A DNA stretch of 64,000 bases from Nitrosopumilaceae archaeon (GCA_965207375.1 CBDBMG010000003.1:576001-640000), one strand, 5' to 3'. Counted from the stretch's first letter, positions 31,401 through 54,998 are shown. A program made the numbers and translations. The notes: generated from the letters alone by a model not told the origin.

Positions 31401-32309
31401 CAGCCTGTTTATACAATTAACAACTGTGACGCTTTTACCCCAATATTTGCATTAAATACTTAGCACTATAGACTACTACATGATATATAGCTATATATAT
31501 ATATATATATATATATATGTAGCTAACTACTACAATTCTTTACTGTTGTGTACTTCTGTGATTCATGAAAATTTAACCCTCAGTTATACGGTAGCTAGCT
31601 ACGTTGTTTAGAATTTAACTGTAATATTGCATGCCTTGTTATTTATACAGTATATACATTCACTAGCTATATATACACCTCAAAATTGACGAAAATATCA
31701 CAAATCCCACGTGAGGTTTCTACATTATATCCATGCAGAGGCCACCTCAAATGTAGAATCATTTTGGTCCCACTTGAAGGATCTAATAATACAAGGAATT
31801 TATAGTAACCTTTTCATACCCAAGAAGCCAACACACTCTAAAATGGTTTACTCCACAACACAAGTTAAACTGCCTTCGTACTAGGCTAAGCCTAAAAATT
31901 AACTATTCCTTCCCGAACTTCCCAAAAGCTTTATCCGTTATTCTTACCCAAATCATCACCTAATCATCATCACGTATTTTTCCTTTTTTATTTGCTTTAT
32001 AGCACAAATACGTATATAGGTAATATATATGTGGCTAAGGGTCTATAGGTGCATTATAACCTATAGCCCTAGTAGCTATATAATATATTAATTACAATTG
32101 TCTAAATGAGTAAAGTTAACATGCAGATTTGGATTTTTTACTGTGTAAGACAGCCATATGGCTGATATAACACAGGGGGTGCAACTGCACAACCCCAAAT
32201 AATTCAAAACATACATTCTAAATTATATGATTATTTAATTATCTAAGTGTTCGGTCCAGCTGCCAGTCATACATAATCACAAAGATTTTAGGTGATATGA
32301 GAATTCATC

Positions 32310-32665
32310 TAGAGTAGCTAGTACATTCAATTAATTCATTCGGTAAGTTATTCCAATCAGTAATGGTATGAGGGAAAAAGCAGCCATAGTAGATTGCTTC
32401 ATAAAAAGCAGATAGTAGCTAGATAAAAGCAGATAGTAGCTAGATTGCTTTTCTGATAGTAGTTGGATGATGTTATAGGTGGTATTAATCGCTGATAGTG
32501 AGATAAACGTGTAAAGTGAGACATAGAATGAGGTAAGTAATGTTCTGGGATATTCATTGATATCTGGTGGGTCTTGATGTAAAAATTTATAAAAAGTAAT
32601 TAGCTAATTATTTGCAATACTTTCTGCATTCATATAAGGTGGACCACTGAAGATCATTCATCATA
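32310..32665 (-). mobile_element. CR1/L2-group LINE 3' remnant
   Basis: LQWSTLYECRK...FFPHTITDWNNLPNELIE on the minus strand. Confidence 0.65.
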
Positions 32666-33942
32666 ATTATGGCAGGGGCGTATCTACACCCGGGCCTACG
32701 CCCTGGTTAATTTGACTTGTGCCCTGGTAAATTAAATTCATGATTTAATATAAATTCATGATTTAATATAAATGCGCATAAATAAGCGACCGATTATAAA
32801 AATACTGCAACATATTACAATTATACAATAATATTTGTTTCTTCAAGTAGAAAACTACCAAAGAAACTATCAAACTACAACATATAACTGAATACAGAGG
32901 CAATTGACAAAATCGGTTTTGTATTCTAACGCATTTTGTATTGCCGCCTCACTGAATGCAGCACTGATGTGTTTTAATGGCTATGGAGATTAACAGCAGA
33001 TGGTGATTTTTACTATCTCTTCTTGTGCAGGTGGTGAAATTGCCCTTCCTGATTTTCCAGATTATTTACAAATACTGTGTGACCACTGATAGATAATCAG
33101 TACACACTATCTATGGTATGACCTTAGATTATACTGTACACTGTGACAGATAACTAGCTAAGCCTCATCACCTTACAGGGTTTAGTCTTGGTTCAGTTTT
33201 CCTAGGCAATCCATTGAGTAGACAAAACCACTGAGTAGCTATAGTGTAGAGTAAACTATCAATTATCAGACAATGTGCATACTAATATGGTATGAAAATT
33301 TAGCATCAAATGTAGTTTATTTATACCCATATCATCTTATAGCTACATATCTTAGATGTTTGCAATAGAAAGTAGCTAGTTTGCATTAAAAAATCTCTGG
33401 TACAATTTTGTGTACCCTTACTTAGCTAACGTGCACTCGAGTTTTGTGTTGCCAGACCCTTTCATGCAGGGCATTTATTGCTTGCTGTATAATTATAAGT
33501 GGCTATGCAAAAGAGTTTGGAACAGTTCACAGAAACACCGATTTCTGATGAATGATGATCACTTACGTAGTTGAATATGCATGTGGATTGAACCATAAAC
33601 TCACTAAAGTAGCATCATCTTCATCATGCTGGTCAGCGTTACTTCTTTTGCCCCGCACTGAGTTCTCAGCCATTACTATCATTAACAAAAAAATTAAAAA
33701 TCCTCATCAAAAATTGATAGTTATACTTGTACAAGTTAGCTACCTGCTTGTAAGTTAAAAAATTATATGGTAAAACAAATTTCACAGATAAATTCCATCA
33801 GGCTATAGCTAGTGATGAGCTGGATATCCATCTCAATACCATAAAATATCATGAAAACACCAAACAGAATTGTAGCTAAACTGGCAGGGGTTTTAAAACC
33901 TTTGCTTAGTTTTAAGTTAGGTTATAGTTTAATATGTAGCTA

Positions 33943-35295
<1,353 letters not shown>

Positions 35296-35296
35296 A

Positions 35297-37471
<2,175 letters not shown>

Positions 37472-37489
37472 TTAAATATCTACGGTTAA

Positions 37490-38127
37490 GCCAAAGGCTG
37501 GTGAGGTGTATCTTTACCTCAATGACGATGAATCCAAAAATGGTACGTCACGGCATGTACGTATACGCATATTCGTAGTATATACTGAGCATATATATCG
37601 CTATAGTAAATAGCATAATTTTTCTAGATGATTGGCGCAGTGATCAGTACAGGTGGAGCAACCAAGGAGTTCACCTCCTTCCTAAGAAGAACCCGAAAGT
37701 GAAAAAATCATATTTTCAAATTGATACTCCTGCATGAGGGACCTTTATCAAGCATGCATAGCTATCAGCTAGTTAATTCACAGATTTCTCAAAAAACGCA
37801 GTGTTGATTCATTACCTCGGAGATGATAACTATGCAGTCAATTTTCCCCATGAGAATTCCAGTGAGGAATCACAAAGACCTTATAGCAGAACCTGTTTGT
37901 CAGTAATGAAAAGTTTGAAAGATGGATGTAAGTATATAGCTAGTACAGCAACAAATGTTTATCGAAAACATGTTACTGAGGTTCCTCCAGAAACACACTT
38001 GGCTGTTTTGCAGCCAAGAAATACCAGACAAGTTAAGAACATCAGATCAATGGTGCAAAGACAACAGGGGCTTTCACATGATGGTCTATACAATCTTCAT
38101 GAATTCCTTGGAGAACCACTTGGATGA
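37490..38127 (+). pseudogene. Truncated Mutator-like transposase N-terminus with a CG-1-like DNA-binding domain
   Basis: PKAGEVYLY..SKN|DDWRSDQYRWSNQG..PKVKKSYF..FIKHA..VLIHYLGD..FPHENS..RPYSRT..QPRNTRQVKN; one GT-AG intron near 37542-37628; stops and frameshifts. Confidence 0.6.
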
Positions 38128-40399
38128 TGTAGATTTTTTACTACCATCTGCAACAGAAAAAAGCAGTAGTAAGTTAAAGCAATCATCTGTAGCTAGATTA
38201 TATTTTCTCTGTGATTTAACACATTTGTACGTACCATATACATACCTATGTTAAGAGGGATAGTTACTAGCTAATACTATTCAAAGATTTATATTTTTGA
38301 CTTGATGACAGCCCTCAAAATATATATTTGAAGTTATAGATTGTCAATGACTCCTAACTGAAAATGTACAGAAACTTTGTTCTACTAAATTGGACTTTGT
38401 TCAGCAGCCTTTTGCTGAAATGGGTTAGAAAATCCCTATTACTGATTTAGAGCTACGTATGCAATGTTAGTTAGCCTATATACTTACAACTAGGTTGTAA
38501 TGAAATCTCAAATCAGGAAATGATATATCTATGGAGGATATCTTCACCTTCTCACACAGTGAATACCACAGATGACTCATACATGTACATAGAGGTTGGC
38601 AACCATTTCAAAGTGCTAATGTTTTATTTATCAATTTATTTGCTATGTAGAGAAAAAGCAATGAAATTCTGATGTATTTTACCATTGATGTGTACTTGTG
38701 GATGCTATACAGAAAATTTCATAACATGCCTGTTCTAAGGAGAGAAGAATATTACGTAGATAAGAAGTACTTTTCACGAGACATCGAATGGAGCTGCGTC
38801 TGCCCCAAATGCCTCCCTTTGTAATATGATATACATTTTATTGTAATAATAAATTAATGGTGTTGGTTGACACTGATTAACGTTAATGTAGAAATGTATA
38901 GCTATAGCCATACTTTCAAGCAAAATAATAATTGATTTTATAGCAACACTCGGATAGCAACACGAATTGTGACATAGAAATGGGACACACTCTATGCGTA
39001 CCGCTGGACACCGGGATGTACCCAGTCTGCATGAGATATTTAAGCGCCGAAGGCGTGGGTATACGCCTCTATTAGCTGCATACATCTGAAGGGTGTACAA
39101 CTCTGATATTTGGACCAAATATCTTACTATGTATAGTTTGCTTAGACATGTACAGTTGTTGTACAAGGCTCCAGGTAATCAAGGTGTCAGTCCTGGTTTT
39201 ACGGATTGGCTTATGTAGCTAACTGTATAGCTAACTAGAGCTGTAAAACTTAACCAGTTAACTGAATAATCGACCAGTTATTTTTGAAATTTCAGTTACC
39301 AGTTATTTTTTCTATAACCTGGTAACTGGTTTTTTAATATTTTCATGCAAAAATGAATGGCACATTCTTGTGTGGTAGGATGATTGTAGATAAACTAACA
39401 TGTCTAATATTGTCTGACATGCACACTTTCAAGCTATGGGTCCAGTTATTTACCATTTTTTGTAACTTTGGAGCAACAGGTGTTTTTGTTGTTTTCCACA
39501 TATACAATAAATAGAGATCTCTAGAAAATCAAGATAGACGAGGAGCATCAGACACACACAAGAAGTTTAATAGAAGGGCCGGTTTTACTGGTAGATATGG
39601 ATAGGAGGTGAAGAATCACCGCCAAACCAGAGTATAGTATAGTCAGCTTGTGAACTGAGTGTAGAAACTATACTAAAAGTAGCTAGTTAGCTAGCTACAT
39701 ATAATCATTTTTGATGAGCATACAAACAACGTGCAGTTTTTAGTTCTTAATATATGGTCAATGGTCATGTTTTTGCTATGGGCCTTTAGCTAGCTACTAT
39801 AAATCTTGTTTAAAAATTGCTGTAGAGCATGTATATATAAGCAGTCTATGTAGAAAACTTTGTAGCTAATCATTGTTGCTGCAAAGACACTAACACCAAT
39901 AAGCTAGCTATTGTATGTAGTTATTTACTTGCATTGCACCAAACCTTTGATGGTACTATGAACACCTTGGGACCAAGGTGTCCTAGCTGAATTACCAGAT
40001 GGGCTTGTGTAGTAAAAGGCTATTTCGGGATCTCAACTAAGAGTGTGGATTACGCGGGTGCCCTCATTTTCAAGTATCCACATTTAACATGTTAACATAA
40101 TTCCACTGTAAGTACATTATATAATTATATTGGTTAAATGCACTCTTACACACTTATGTATGATTACAAGGTTCTGTAATCTAATATAGCAACTATATTA
40201 GCTATATCTTTTAGGTATAGCTATATAGCTACCTATACAGTGATATAGTGTTATAACTTAGCTATACAGTAGCTATAGCCACACTGGCATTATATGCATG
40301 CACTTTGAGAAACACCTTGTAGCTAGCTACAAGCTCTGCCCTTTTTGTGGATACCCCCAGCGCCTAACTAGCTGAAGTCTGAGGTAATTATACTCACAA

Positions 40400-42664
40400 T
40401 ACATTTTGTTACCATGGTAATGGTGCTATCCATATGAGTAGAGGGAAATGTATTTTCAAAGTGACCATTTAACCTTTACAAATTATATCCATACTAGAAT
40501 TACTGGTAAACATGCACATGGACTGTCCTGCAGTGCTACTGCAGCTCCCATTAGCATAGCAGATATATCCTCATAATACCCTTTCAGATTGGACGTTCCT
40601 CACGATAATCCACACTTCACAAAATTTGTAGATAGCTATGTAAAATTTAACTCTTCAGAAATTCTGTCTAGAGTATATTTTGAGTCTTTTGTTTCTTAGA
40701 GAATTTCATGGATATAAGGTTGAATACTGCACTTAGTCAGTCTGCAACAGCAGGAGGTGCAGTGCCACAGTCAGGTAATTAACGCTGCAATTTGTGTGCT
40801 GCTATTAGTTCACTACCTACCTCTACAGATCATTCAATGGTGTTATCTTAACAAGCCTGATGTAGCTACGTACCCCATGGATGTATATGTGAGTCAGGTA
40901 TACATTTACTATAACCGTTTGATACTACAGACCATGACTACATACATACATACAAGCAGAAAAGCTGAAAGGAACTGCAGAGAGTGCAAACTTAACTTCT
41001 AAATTCTAAAGGACATCCTTACTGTATGTTCGTTAAACAGATAATTATGCAGTGTACGTAGAGATGTAGAAGTCAACTGCAGTTTCATGCATAGCAAAAG
41101 AGAGAGAGACCTAGCTATAGAGTATAGTCTAGATTTGATATTGGTAGCTTGACTACATCGACTGCATAATTGTATATATTTACATTGTAGTAGATATAGA
41201 AGCTCGATAGCTATGTGACATATAGTTATAGGGTCTTGTGAATGGTACAAGCTATAGCTGGATCCTGTGAATGGTACAAAGTTTGTGGACTAGTGCTTTT
41301 TAAAATCATGCACAATTGCAATTTTTGACCTGTATATGTAGCTATCCTTATACGGGGATATATTTTGCTTCTACGCATGCATGTTTCATAAGATATCACT
41401 GTTATAGTAATTACACTGGCTCTATGAATACAAATCTTAAAGCAGTTAATGCCAGTTATTAAAATATCTTCTAAATTAAAGAAGTTATAAATCGGTAGCT
41501 TCAGGTACACACTGATGACTCTTTGACTAGTGCTTTTTCATCTCTATATGCCCTATGTTATACGTATTCTCTTGTCTTTGTAGTAAAATATTTCTCTGAG
41601 TACTTTGTTATAGAGTTCAGGTGATAGTTCATGTGCCATGTGGAGGTTTATGGTGTCCAGCTGCAGCACCATATATATCCAGGTGCTAAAGCTCAAATAT
41701 GCATGAGATCATGAGAGATAGAAAGGTAATGCCTCTCTATCACTATCCAAAAATTCAAAGAACAAAAGTAAATTTGTCCCTCCTCTTCCTACATATCCCT
41801 CGAATAATGTAGTTGCAACTTAGTGGATACATAGATATACAATAGCCAATAAAAACCAAGATTGATAGAGTTATATGTTACAACCTTATAGTCATGTATC
41901 GCTAGTAATTCACTACATGGTTTGTTATGTGTTAGTATAATGCAATACTCATAATAATATTATATAATTTATCATGTGAAATAATCAAGCACATCACATG
42001 AAGAAAATAGTATGTCACACATCTTCGTGTCCATCTCTGCAGCTTTTCTGCTTGTATGTACATAGTCATGGCCTGTAGTATCAATGATACAAGTAACAGT
42101 TATTGTAAATGCATACCTCACTCACATATACATCCACGGGGTGCATACATCACACTTGTTAACATAACACCATTGAATAATCTGTAGAGGTAGGTTGTGA
42201 ACTAATGGCAGCACACAAATTACAGCATTATTTACCTGACTGTGGCACTGCACCTCCTGCTGTTGAAGATTGAGCGAGTGAAGTATTCGACCTGCATAAA
42301 TGGTATGTAAATATCCAAGCTGTTACACAGTGACTTAATAACTATTACAATACTGCATAGTTATATAGCAGAAAATTCTCTAAGGTGAAAATTCCAATAC
42401 AACAAAGTGTGGATTATAGTGAGGACCGTCCAATCTAAAAGGTATTATGAGGACGTATCTGCTACGCTAATGGGAGCTGCAGTAGCAGGACAGTCCATGT
42501 GCATGTTTACCAGTAATTCTAGTATGGGTATATTGGAATATAATTTGTAAAGTTTAAATGGTCACTTTGAAAAGAAATTTCCCCCTATACAGTACTGTGG
42601 TATATACATGTGTTCCAGAATACAATTCATGTGGATAGCACCATTACCATGGTAACAAAATGTA
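40400..42664. repeat. Large inverted duplication, arms about 40400-40985 and 42035-42664
   Basis: tacattttgttaccatggtaatggtgctatcc mirrored at 42633-42664; caggaggtgcagtgccacagtcaggtaa mirrored near 42232-42260. Confidence 0.9.
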
Positions 42665-42908
42665 CTGACCAACAAATATGTATGCTAAATACTTATACTC
42701 CTACAGTATATCTAAATAGAAAATTTATCATGAGCAACAAATTATTATCACAGCAACAAATATAACTATCAGTATCTCACCATGCACAAGTTAAGTCTCT
42801 CCTTTCTATATTTAGCTTAAAAAATTAAGATAATATATATAGGACCATATGGGTGTACAACTGCTGCCAGATATGTCCTTTGCTCTTTAGTGTCTGATAC
42901 ATGTGTAC

Positions 42909-43030
42909 CTGCTTTTCTGGCATGTGCCGTCATATAGTAGAGACCCAGCGGTCTTTTAGCCAACCTTACTCCTTCCACCCCACTATGCCCACTCACTACC
43001 TCAACATGCAAATCCTCATCTTTAATGGCA
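42909..43030 (-). CDS. Candidate isolated coding exon, gene unknown
   Basis: AG/GT-bounded, GC-elevated open frame AIKDEDLHVEVVSGHSGVEGVRLAKRPLGLYYMTAHARKA. Confidence 0.35.
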
Positions 43031-43355
43031 CTACTAAATTACAAAACCAGCAAATCCAAATAATAATGTGACATCCTGTAGTTTTATAGACCCAATCACA
43101 AAATTAATGTGCATGCACAATGCACAAGAGGGCACAGCGTCAACCTCCTAACTTACTGTTTGTCTGCCTACTACAAAGTACATATATTATAACTAACATG
43201 AAACACCCTCAGATAGAGACGTATTGTTTAGTTGTCCCCTATCATCTAGTCTTAGATCCACCCATGCACAGATGTGTATGCAACACACATGCATACACTC
43301 ATGCATACCTATATACTGTATACAGCGTATATCTGTATGCATGCATGCATGCATG

Positions 43356-43395
<40 letters not shown>

Positions 43396-43554
43396 GTGTG
43401 TGTGCGTGCATGCATGTATGTATGTATGCATGCATGCATGTATGTATGTACGTATGTATGTATGTACGTACGTATGTATGTATATATGCAAACTGGAAAG
43501 GAGCAACTTCAGAAGTAATATTTACTACCGAAGCCTTGTGAAAGTGGACTAAAA

Positions 43555-44773
43555 AATAGTACCTTCAATGTATGAAGAATCGTTGACCTGAAGTCGTTTG
43601 ATATCCATGACACGAGTTTTCCGTACGCGCCTTATAAACTCCTTCCTGTAATCAAAAATATTTTAGGCGCCCGTCGTTTTTTTTTCTTTCTTTCTTCTTC
43701 TTTCTTTCATTTTCATCGCACACTTTTTGTGCGCTTGCGCGTGAATTCCAGAATTTCTATTTGAAACACTCACACTTATTTGTCTAATAACTCACTCATT
43801 TCTGCATGGATTTCAACCAAATTTGTATCAACACTTTTCCTATGTATGCTCTACCAGACAAACAACTTTCAGCATAAAGCAAATACCTAACTGTATTTGA
43901 GAGATACTTTTACACTGCATGTTGATAGTTTCCATAACTCGGACCCCCTCTAAATCATTTGAATAAAATTTAAGATACACAAACTATATTGATATATGAA
44001 TCTTCAGGATAAGTTTAAAGAAATTGTGACACTTCAGTTTGTCAAAATTAGCCTTTAATGATCATTCATGCTTATGTGCCATGCAAGATAATTATACCAA
44101 ACAACACGAGGTGAACAGTGGCCACACATTATAAATAGGAGACCACTGTCCTGTTAGCATGCACAAAATTTATTTATAGCATTATAATATATCTTCTCCT
44201 GTAGATCAATCAACAGTACAGGACATGATGGCAATGATGTAGTCTTCATTGAGGTTCTTCACTGTTCTCCACCTATATACATAGCTAACAATTATAGTAA
44301 TACGTACTTTATATGTTCATTAGCTACTTGGGGGAAATACAAGCTGGGGAAACACCTAAAGTATTAACTTCCAGCTCCTCTCCCCTTTAAATTTTTATTA
44401 CTCTGCATACTTCATATAAGGTTTCTTGTCAGGACTTGTTTATAATTGTAATCTATATTTACAAAAAGCAGTGATATGCTAAACAAAAACAGCCTGGCTG
44501 TAAAAAAAGTGCGAGGCCAATCAGAAGCCACAATGGCTATAAGCGACCAAAATCTCTGATATCAAGTAAGGCCAAGAAGTTGAACATTTTATTAAGAATC
44601 CTTTTACTTGAATGACATACAATAGTTTACAGGGCATTTTCACAACTATGATTGGCTTTGTCACTTGGCCTTCTTGGCCTTACTTGATATCAGAGATTTT
44701 GGTCGCTTATAGCCATTGTGGCTTCTGATTGGCCTCGCACTTTTTTTACAGCCAGGCTGTTTTTGTTTAGCAT
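43555..44773 (-). mobile_element. Family B HINE-like copy, 3'-truncated, with a foldback 5' end
   Basis: Reverse-complement similarity to 55482-56730; palindrome 44476-44773 with a deletion in one arm. Confidence 0.8.
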
Positions 44774-44979
44774 GAGATATACGCACTGATATCAGTGCGT
44801 ATATCTCATTAACCCTGGGGTATCATGCATTATGGTAAATATAATATATATGTACATGATGATATATATGTAACACTTTCACACCTCAGATCAAAGGAAA
44901 TTCCAGTGTATATATATGATATTGCACTGGCTGTGGAATGTTAACGAGATATACGCACTGATATGAGGTGTGAAAGTGT

Positions 44980-45038
<59 letters not shown>

Positions 45039-45089
45039 TTATGTACTCTTGGTTATCATCATGTACATATATTATATTTACCATAATGC

Positions 45090-45335
45090 ATGATGGTCAC
45101 TCCAGCTGTAGGCAGCCGAGTAAGATTAATAAAAGGCAATGAGTGTGCTGGAATTGCAACATTAATCGATGGAGATACACTACATGGATACACGTTTCCT
45201 AGAACCTTTCAAAAAGTGATTCTGGAAGCTGTAAAGCCAGGAGTACCTCCTGAGTTGAAGGGACCATTTGAAGATGATTGTCTTTGTAATGGACAAATTA
45301 CAGCATGGCCCTTTAATCAAATGGAGTGTATGTGA
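45090..45335 (+). CDS. Small transposon accessory domain resembling the En/Spm Tnp1-like (DUF8039-type) beta domain
   Basis: V.L...ecAGiatl.dGdtLHG...P....KV.l..v.....P....F.dd.l..G...aWP pattern, recognised from memory and not searched. Confidence 0.5.
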   Translation: MMVTPAVGSRVRLIKGNECAGIATLIDGDTLHGYTFPRTFQKVILEAVKPGVPPELKGPFEDDCLCNGQITAWPFNQMECM

Positions 45336-46416
45336 AATATGCAATGTACATATACGTACATATTACTCTGTTGATATGGATATTTAATCTAAACTCCAAC
45401 ATATCTTTTACCACCTATGCTAAGAATAATTAAGGCACACAAAATAATTGTATGACAACACTTAACAAGTATGTATAGCTAACTATTAATTGTTTATTTT
45501 ATATTACAGTTGGTAGTAATACAGTATCCATGGCAACAGTAGCCACTAGCAACAGTGGTTCAGGTACATATGATCACTTGTAGTACACACGTATGTATTA
45601 ATAATTGTTTATTTTTTACATTACAGTTCATTGTACGTAGCTAGTACGTATTTTTATACATGATAACATCAAGAAACGTAATGTTTCCCAGTTACTTTGA
45701 TTCTCAACATGGTGCTGTAGTTTGTTTGTAATAACAATGGAGCAACTTTGGCTGGCAGAAATTTTATCAGGATTACAGAAACAAATCTTTCCTTTAGGAT
45801 TAGCATTTTTAAGTATCTTGTATTTACCTGCATTGATCTGACGACAGTCATAATAATGTCCAAGCAAAAACCAGCCTAGTTCACACTTCCGATTGTAATT
45901 TGTTAGGAAAGACATGTATATACACAGCTCAAATTTACAGGGTGAGTAGATATAACATCACTTTATCATCATTGAGCTGTGTTTTGACATTCCCAAAATT
46001 TTCATGGGCAATTAATCAGAGGTGTACGTGATTTGGTTTTTGCTCATACAGCTGCAGTCACATATGCATAGGCATCAGTCACAAGATACGTAGATGTATT
46101 ATACATAAATATTATATGCATGTGTGTACTGATGTATTATTATTATACATTCATTTGTACATACATCTTATGGAACAAATCAACTCCTTCCTCAATATGT
46201 AACACCCTTTACACTGACTTTACCCTCAACACTGGAGGTGTGTAGCTGCACTGCGAGGCTACCGATTCATTATTAACCACTTTAAACTACAAAAAACTAC
46301 TATGTACTACTACTACTACTACTACTACCACCACTACCACTACCACTACCACTACCACTACCACTACCACCACCACCACCACTACTACTACTACCACTAC
46401 TACTACTACTACTACT

Positions 46417-47785
46417 AAATTTTCATAAATGATTCGCATGTACAACAGTACAGTAAAATAAGAACTATGACATGTACAATTACATAAGAAATAGTTCATT
46501 GGTGAATGGGTATTGTTCTCAATACTTGTGAGGTCCCAATCAGCACAGCTTTCTGTAAGTGGCCAAACAGTTTCAGTGTGAACCCTGGGATTTTCTTTAA
46601 AAACTGTAAGCAATGAGAGGAAACCACGCCCGTACATCCCAGAACAACTGGGATAATGGTAACTGGCATATTATACATTTGGTGGAAATCTGCTGCCAGG
46701 GAGCAATACTTATTAATCTTTTCATCCTCTTTAGTTGAAACATTAATATTTGCTGGGCAAGAAATCTCAATAAAGAATATCTCTTGCTGGTGAAAATCAT
46801 AAAGCACAATGTCAGGGCGATTACTTGGATGGTTATGACTTGTAACCAATCCGAAATCCCATAATATCTTGGCAATGGAAGATTCAATCACTGGCGGAGG
46901 CTTATGACTATACCATGATCTGCCACACGACTGAATAGAGTAAAACTTCATCAAGTGCCAATGAATCACAGCAGCAACCAAATTGTGGCGGTGCAAATAT
47001 GCTGTAGTGGCAAGTATGGGGCAGGCTGCCAAAAGGTGCACTATTGTCTCCTCAGATGTACCACATATTCTACACATCAATGAGGGAATAGATTTGTGCA
47101 TCACCTTGGCCTCAATTACTCTAGTTGCAAGGACTTGATCCTGCACGGCCAATATAGTAGATTCTGTCTCAGAGTGAAGATGCAGTTTAAGCCAGTTAAA
47201 ACTACTTCGTTTATCCACCACATCCGAGTTAACAAAAGAGAAATACCGGCCATGCAAAGGCTTAGCCAGTAAAGCTGACATCAACAAACTTTTCTGTTTC
47301 TTACAAATCTCACTCTTCAAAGAAAACATATCACACTGCCGCAAATCACACGGCACTGACAAAGATGCACAATAAGACACAGCCCTAGAAATCAAAGAGG
47401 AACGTGGTGGTAACAGTTCATCTAATTTAAAACACATGCCCACCAAGCTATCAGTAGATGTAGAGAGGTGGCATGCAAATGAGACCATTCTTCTATAGAA
47501 AAGATTCTCCACATTAATCAGGCCCAAACCACCAGCACTTCGAGGCAAATAGAGACGTTCCACAGCACTCCGTGGATGGTGACTGTAAGCTGCTGTCAAC
47601 ACTTTCCTGGTTTTCACATCAAATTGAGCAATCTCTGTTTTAGTCCAAGGAATAATTCCAAAACCATACGACAATAGTGGGACACAAAATGAGTTAGTTG
47701 CTCTAACCTTACGAGGGCCACTCAAGAAAGATTTCCATATCAAAGATAATCGCTTTAAATATACCTCCAGTATCGTCTTCTTGCT
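46417..47785 (-). mobile_element. 5'-truncated R4/Dong-clade-like non-LTR retrotransposon (RT thumb, CCHC, RLE endonuclease)
   Basis: Intact frame of about 430 codons: HHPRSAVERLYLPRSAGGLGL, CRICGTSEETIVHLLAAC, RHN, NRPDIV, FIEISCP, KINKY; stop at 46496; 3' UTR runs into (GTA/GTG)n at 46303-46416; same microsatellite at 47788-47910. Confidence 0.92.
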
Positions 47786-47786
47786 G

Positions 47787-47820
<34 letters not shown>

Positions 47821-48860
47821 CACTACTACTACTACTACCACTACCACCACCACCACCACTACTACCACTACCACTACCACTACCACCACCACCACCACTA
47901 CTACTACTACAGTACAACCTTAATTTTAATAAAACATACACACACACAAAAACTGCATGAACCTGAGGGTGGGGGCCTGCACAGTGCAATATTCTAAGCA
48001 CACTGTGCCCAAGTGAGCTTAAGGGAAAAAAACCTGATAGACTCTTCTCTTTTTTTGTCTGCCTGGAAAAAACCTGTGTGCACAACCACCCTCAAAATTG
48101 TTAGCGTAAATTACTGTATGTGTGAAAAAGTCTACAGCAGCATCGGCAATCAGGAGCTGGACAGTTGTCAAGGAATTAAACACAATACATTCATCAGGGT
48201 GGGTGGGTGGGAGGTAGCCTATGCTAGGGGTATTGCAGCATAGAATTGAACACGTGTTCATACATTAATTAGCTTATATACCCAAACTTACCCTGATACC
48301 ACACGTGCCAATCACGTGCATACCTTATTCCGGAAGGAGGTTATATGCTGTCTAATTCACTATGTTCAACCGACAGAAAATACACAAGGCATAATTGATT
48401 CACAATTATTGTACATGTCCTCTAGATCTGTCCTGTATGTATCTCTTCAAACACTAAAGTACTACTGCCCCATGATCAACTTTTTACCAATTTAATTTTT
48501 GTTAAAATATTTGGACAAGGAATAATGGAAATGACACAAAGTGTGAATCAACTTTTCCTGGCCTAAAGTTTTTGATCATTTCCTCATGCATATGCCGTCA
48601 AATATAATAAATATACTGACAAAAATCCATGCAATTGCAACACAGTATTCTAGTGTCAATGTTAATGTATAATCTTTCATTGGATCAGTTATTGGTCTAT
48701 TTGCATTGGTCTTGCATATAAACATGACTTCTTCAATATTCTTTAATTTGTTTTAGATAACTCCCAGGAGTGTGGTCATACGGTACATCTACAAAAGTAT
48801 ACATTAAACGATGTGCATGTGAATATACATTATAATTATATACATACATAATGCATAATT

Positions 48861-49244
48861 TAGGCTTGCGCCTAATATGCCGGCATAATTTGAGGAATAA
48901 TAGGTACCATTTTATACGAGAATTATTCTGGAATAATAGGTCATTAGTGAGCATAAAATTTATTAAACGATCATCCGCCCACGCAATTAATTATAGCGCA
49001 TATTGAAAATATTTTGTCTCCAACTCGGCAATCACTTTGTGGACTTTCTCAATGTTATATGGTACTTTCTGTGTAAGGTCTTAATTCTAATCAATAGTTA
49101 GTTGCTATAGCTATTATTTTCTTACTGTCAGAACGGAATAATTTGGGAATAATAGGTGGTATTTTAAAGAATAATAGGGAAAGATTTTGAGAAGTTCTGG
49201 AAGGAATAATAGGTAAATTTTTGAGCATATTAGGCGCATCCCTA
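48861..49244. mobile_element. hAT-like MITE
   Basis: TIRs taggcttgcgcctaatatgc / gcatattaggcgcatcccta; 6/8 TSD match; subterminal 'gaataatagg' repeats. Confidence 0.75.
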
Positions 49245-49254
49245 GCAAAACTAC

Positions 49255-54998
<5,744 letters not shown>

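Noticed and set aside
41640-41690. PGYIWCCSWTP on the minus strand as a possible DCAF4 upstream exon
   Set aside because: Immediately followed by a stop codon with no suitable donor site.
44200-44272. WRTVKNLNEDYIIAIMS as a possible DCAF4 upstream exon
   Set aside because: Too short and weak, lies between parts of a repeat copy, and could not be phase-linked to other exons.
46287-46637. Poly-valine ORF
   Set aside because: Translation of the (GTA/GTG)n tract.
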